DNA of 29,860 nucleotides from a virus (Duplodnaviria; Heunggongvirae; Uroviricota; Caudoviricetes): IMG/VR virus record IMGVR_UViG_2703718820_000019; one strand, 5' to 3'. Shown piece by piece: positions 26,755 to 29,860 of this stretch (position 1 is its first letter; each line of letters starts with the position of its first letter). The notes under the pieces were generated by a model. It saw only the letters and a program-made list of their open reading frames with translations, ran no database searches and was not told where the DNA came from. The position numbers and the translations under genes were made by a program.

Positions 26755-27917
26755 TGCTGGATGCACTGACATTTGATGCAGGCAGTACGCTGACGCCGGA
26801 TTACATGCTGATGCTCGACAGCAGGGATATTACCGGCAATATCAGCGACCGTCTGATGAGCATGACTCTGACGGATAACCGGGGCTTTGAGGCTGACCAG
26901 CTTGATATTGAACTGAACGATGCCGACGGGCAGGTCGGGCTGCCGATTCGTGGCGCTGTCCTGACGGTGTATATCGGCTGGAAAGGTTTTGCCCTGGTAT
27001 GCAAAGGGAAATTTACCGTTGATGAGGTTGAACACCGGGGCGCGCCGGATGTGGTCACCATCCGCGCCCGGAGTGCAGATTTTCGCGGGACGCTCAATTC
27101 CCGCCGTGAAGGCTCCTGGCATGACACCACGCTCGGTGCGATTGTTGAGGCAATAGCCTCCCGTAACAGGCTGGAAGCCAGTGTCGCGCCGTCACTGGCC
27201 GGAATTAAAATCCCGCACATCGACCAGTCGCAGGAGTCTGATGCAAAATTCCTGACCCGCCTTGCTGAACGCAACGGCGGTGAGGTGTCGGTAAAAATGG
27301 GAAAATTGTTGTTTCTCAAAGCGGGGCAGGGGGTGACGGCCAGCGGTAAAAAAATCCAGCAGGTCACCATCACCCGCAGCGACGGCGACCGTCATCATTT
27401 TGCGATTGCTGACCGTGGAGCCTACACCGGCGTAACGGCAAAGTGGTTACACACCAAAGACCCGAAGCCGCAAAAGCAGAAGGTAAAACTGAAACGCAAA
27501 AAGAAAGAGAAACACCTGCGCGCACTGGAGCACCCGAAAGCGAAACCGGTCAGGCAGAAGAAAGCGCCAAAAGTACCGGAAGCGCGCGAAGGTGAATACA
27601 TGGCCGGTGAGGCTGACAACGTTTTTGCCCTGACCACGGTATATGCCACGAAAGCACAGGCCATGCGTGCCGCTCAGGCGAAGTGGGATAAACTGCAACG
27701 GGGTGTAGCAGAGTTCTCCATCAGCCTGGCTACCGGCCGGGCAGATATTTACACGGAAACGCCGGTCAAAGTGTCAGGTTTTAAGCGCGTCATAGACGAG
27801 CAGGACTGGACAATCACTAAGGTGACACACTTTCTGAATAATAGCGGCTTCACGACGTCCTTGGAGCTTGAGGTCAGGCTTTCTGATGTGGAGTACGAAA
27901 CAGAAGATGATGAGTGA
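26754..27917 (+). CDS. D: Tail protein D (late control gene D)
   Basis: 387 aa, the P2 gpD length; ATG overlaps the U stop (TAATG). Confidence 0.95.
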   Translation: MLDALTFDAGSTLTPDYMLMLDSRDITGNISDRLMSMTLTDNRGFEADQLDIELNDADGQVGLPIRGAVLTVYIGWKGFALVCKGKFTVDEVEHRGAPDVVTIRARSADFRGTLNSRREGSWHDTTLGAIVEAIASRNRLEASVAPSLAGIKIPHIDQSQESDAKFLTRLAERNGGEVSVKMGKLLFLKAGQGVTASGKKIQQVTITRSDGDRHHFAIADRGAYTGVTAKWLHTKDPKPQKQKVKLKRKKKEKHLRALEHPKAKPVRQKKAPKVPEAREGEYMAGEADNVFALTTVYATKAQAMRAAQAKWDKLQRGVAEFSISLATGRADIYTETPVKVSGFKRVIDEQDWTITKVTHFLNNSGFTTSLELEVRLSDVEYETEDDE

Positions 27918-27998
27918 TGTTTTTATTTTATCTGTTTGTTTTATAAGGATAATTTAACTAAAATGGCACCATCAACAAAACCGGAAGAGGTGCTCGCG

Positions 27999-28217
27999 AT
28001 GTTTCATTGTCCTTTATGCCAGCATGCCGCACATGCGCGTACAAGCCGCTATATCACTGACACGACAAAAGAGCGTTATCATCAGTGCCAGAACGTGAAT
28101 TGTAGTGCCACGTTCATCACTTATGAGTCGGTACAGCGATACATCGTGAAGCCGGGAGAAGTCCACGCCGTAAGGCCGCACCCGTTGCCGTCAGGGCAGC
28201 AAATTATGTGGATGTAA
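27999..28217 (+). CDS. ogr: Ogr late-gene transcriptional activator (zinc finger)
   Basis: From the ATG at 27999 gives 72 aa (MFHCPLCQHAAHARTSRYITDTTKERYHQCQNVNCSATF...), matching P2 Ogr with its Cys4 zinc finger. The listed ORF extends upstream to 27936. Confidence 0.9.
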   Translation: MFHCPLCQHAAHARTSRYITDTTKERYHQCQNVNCSATFITYESVQRYIVKPGEVHAVRPHPLPSGQQIMWM

Positions 28218-28228
28218 TTACAAACAGG

Positions 28229-28251
28229 AAGCCCCTCAGCCGAGGGGCTTT
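28229..28251. terminator. Hairpin terminator between ogr and the convergent downstream gene (likely bidirectional)
   Basis: Stem AAGCCCCTC (28229-28237) / GAGGGGCTT (28242-28250), 4-nt loop, flanked by an A-run upstream and T residues downstream. Lies between two convergent stop codons. Confidence 0.55.
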
Positions 28252-28268
28252 CAACTTTGTTTAGGAGC

Positions 28269-28670
28269 TTATTTCCCTGTGTAAAGACGTGTTTGGGATG
28301 AAAGTAACACTTGCCCCTGTTTAGGCGTCAACGAACCTATTTCATTGCATGTTTTTAATGGTTCGGAAAAAACATAACCGATGGATTTATATTGATTAAC
28401 TATGCTTATTTCTTTGATTTTTTTGAGATATGAAACAGGCGTGTCTTTTGTCCAGACTGGTGCGCATACACCAGTCATAATCAGGTTGTTGTAGGCGTCA
28501 GGAGAGATTTCTTTGCCAGGAAGCACCACCGTAAGCGAGTTGTTTTTATTCGTGATTTCTAGGGGTTGCCATGGTTTAAGCTGCTTTTGAAGGGTTTTAA
28601 TATCATTCGCGTTTGCGTTGAGTGAAATTATTAAGGTGGCTATTGCCATCACTGATTTAAGAGTTGCCAT
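28269..28670 (-). CDS. Small secreted/periplasmic hypothetical protein (signal peptide); probable prophage cargo at the ogr-att junction
   Basis: 133 aa; N-terminal signal peptide (hydrophobic core ...AIATLIISLNANA, probable cleavage after ANA); two Cys in the mature part. ATG at 28670 with AAGGA SD. The gene is visibly AT-rich compared with the flanking DNA. Confidence 0.7.
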   Translation of the reverse strand: MATLKSVMAIATLIISLNANANDIKTLQKQLKPWQPLEITNKNNSLTVVLPGKEISPDAYNNLIMTGVCAPVWTKDTPVSYLKKIKEISIVNQYKSIGYVFSEPLKTCNEIGSLTPKQGQVLLSSQTRLYTGK

Positions 28671-28731
28671 AGAAAATCCTTAATAAACATTTGGTTGAGT
28701 AAAATTCATACCTCCAAAAAGAGGAAAAATA

Positions 28732-28754
28732 AAGCCCCATGTGCTTAGGGGCTT
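28732..28754 (-). terminator. Hairpin (AAGCCCC...GGGGCTT) with a minus-strand U-tract; candidate att-core-associated structure at the right prophage end
   Basis: Stem 28732-28738 / 28748-28754 with a 9-nt loop, preceded on the plus strand by GAGGAAAAATAA. The motif AAAAATAAAGCCCC...GTG...AGGG resembles the P2 attP core as I remember it (AAAAAATAAGCCCGTGTAAGGGAGATT). Cannot be confirmed without attL. Confidence 0.3.
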
Positions 28755-28849
28755 TCAGTAGTCGATGTGGACGCTATGTGGACAGTGTTTGATATAAATC
28801 CATTTATATCATCAGGTTAGGTGCATTTTTGTGACACCATCCCTGTCTT

Positions 28850-28876
28850 CCCCCACATGCTGTGGGGGTTTTTTTT
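28850..28876 (+). terminator. Strong Rho-independent terminator upstream of fieF
   Basis: Perfect 8-bp stem CCCCCACA (28850-28857) / TGTGGGGG (28861-28868), 3-nt loop, followed by eight T residues (28869-28876). Confidence 0.7.
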
Positions 28877-28904
28877 ATCCTCAATTTGCCTGCTGCTTAA
28901 TGCA

Positions 28905-28931
28905 TTGCAGATGATTTGCTTCCGTTATACT
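28905..28931 (+). promoter_or_regulatory. Possible fieF promoter (TTGCAG ... TATACT)
   Basis: -35-like TTGCAG (28905-28910) and -10-like TATACT (28926-28931) about 27 nt upstream of the fieF ATG. The spacer is only 15 nt, so this is weak. Confidence 0.25.
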
Positions 28932-28957
28932 AGCGTCAGTTGATAGCGGGAGTATTT

Positions 28958-29860
28958 ATGAATCAATCTTATGGACGGCTGGTCAGTCGGGCGGCGATTG
29001 CTGCGACGGCGATGGCTTCGCTGCTATTGCTGATTAAAATTTTTGCATGGTGGTATACCGGGTCGGTGAGTATTCTCGCCGCGCTGGTGGATTCGCTGGT
29101 GGATATCGGCGCGTCGTTGACGAATTTATTGGTGGTGCGATATTCCCTGCAACCTGCCGACGATAATCACTCGTTTGGTCACGGTAAAGCTGAGTCCCTC
29201 GCGGCGCTGGCGCAAAGTATGTTTATCTCCGGTTCGGCACTATTCCTGTTTTTGACGGGTATTCAACATCTGATATCTCCAACACCGATGACAGATCCAG
29301 GCGTCGGGGTTATCGTGACAATTGTGGCGCTAATTTGTACGATTATCCTTGTCTCGTTTCAGCGTTGGGTGGTGCGGCGGACGCAAAGCCAGGCGGTGCG
29401 GGCTGATATGCTACATTACCAGTCTGATGTTATGATGAACGGCGCAATTCTGCTGGCGCTGGGGTTGTCCTGGTACGGCTGGCATCGCGCCGATGCTCTG
29501 TTTGCATTGGGAATCGGCATCTATATTTTATATAGCGCGTTACGCATGGGATATGAGGCGGTACAGTCATTACTGGATCGCGCATTGCCTGATGAGGAAC
29601 GGCAAGAAATTATTGATATCGTGACTTCCTGGCCGGGTGTTAGCGGCGCTCACGATCTTCGCACGCGGCAGTCAGGGCCGACCCGCTTTATTCAGATTCA
29701 TTTGGAAATGGAAGACTCTCTGCCTTTGGTTCAGGCACATATGGTGGCGGATCAGGTAGAGCAGGCTATTTTACGGCGTTTTCCGGGATCGGATGTAATT
29801 ATCCATCAGGACCCCTGTTCCGTCGTACCCAGGGAGGGTAAACGGTCTATGCTTTCATAA
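28958..29860 (+). CDS. fieF: Cation-diffusion-facilitator Fe/Zn efflux transporter FieF (YiiP), host gene
   Basis: 300 aa from the ATG at 28958 ([49 protein letters not shown]...), matching E. coli FieF/YiiP as I remember it, with the six-helix CDF topology. The listed ORF start at 28940 is a TTG. Stop at the window end. Confidence 0.95.

Noticed and set aside
26801-27698. Antisense ORFs within D (26801..27373, 27422..27664, 27447..27698) and other embedded ORFs in N, M, L, J, V (e.g. 12092..12691, 12983..13429, 16000..16524, 17725..18336)
   Set aside because: All are nested in or antisense to P2-homologous genes whose reading frames are supported by length and sequence; no independent evidence.
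28776-28820. Tiny ORF (MWTVFDINPFISSG) and a possible CpxP C-terminal coding remnant upstream of the fieF terminator
   Set aside because: No frame in 28741-28820 encodes the CpxP C-terminus as I remember it; the 14-codon ORF has no support and is probably chance.
1-29860. CRISPR arrays, tRNA or rRNA genes, insertion sequences
   Set aside because: No spaced short direct repeats typical of CRISPR, no cloverleaf-like tRNA candidates at the junctions that I could recognise, and no transposase-like ORF; the only mobile element supported is the prophage itself.

Overview
This window is an almost complete P2-family (Peduovirus-like) prophage in an Escherichia coli chromosome, running from the integrase stop codon at position 1 to the ogr gene (~28.2 kb), followed by the prophage-host junction and the complete host gene fieF (28958..29860). 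Gene order matches integrated P2: int-C | cox-(small orf)-B-orf80-83-A | cargo | cos | Q-P (minus strand) | O-N-M-L-X-Y-K-lysA-lysB/lysC-R-S | V-W-J-I-H-G | cargo | FI-FII-E/E'-T-U-D | ogr. All calls rest on reading the supplied translations and DNA against remembered P2 protein sequences, sizes and motifs; no database search was run. The replication and structural genes look near-identical to P2, while the immunity region (C, cox, operators), integrase, tail-fibre distal part and the three known cargo positions differ. The positions where P2 carries tin/old (after A) and Z/fun (between G and FI) hold different cargo: an ASCH/DUF3850-like fusion protein with a coupled small ORF, and an apparently orphan Pin-family DNA invertase. 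A third, AT-rich gene for a small secreted protein sits between ogr and the right junction. The ASCH-fusion locus is the best candidate for an undescribed system, probably superinfection exclusion or defence, but its function is inferred from position only. attL lies outside the window, so the exact att core cannot be fixed.
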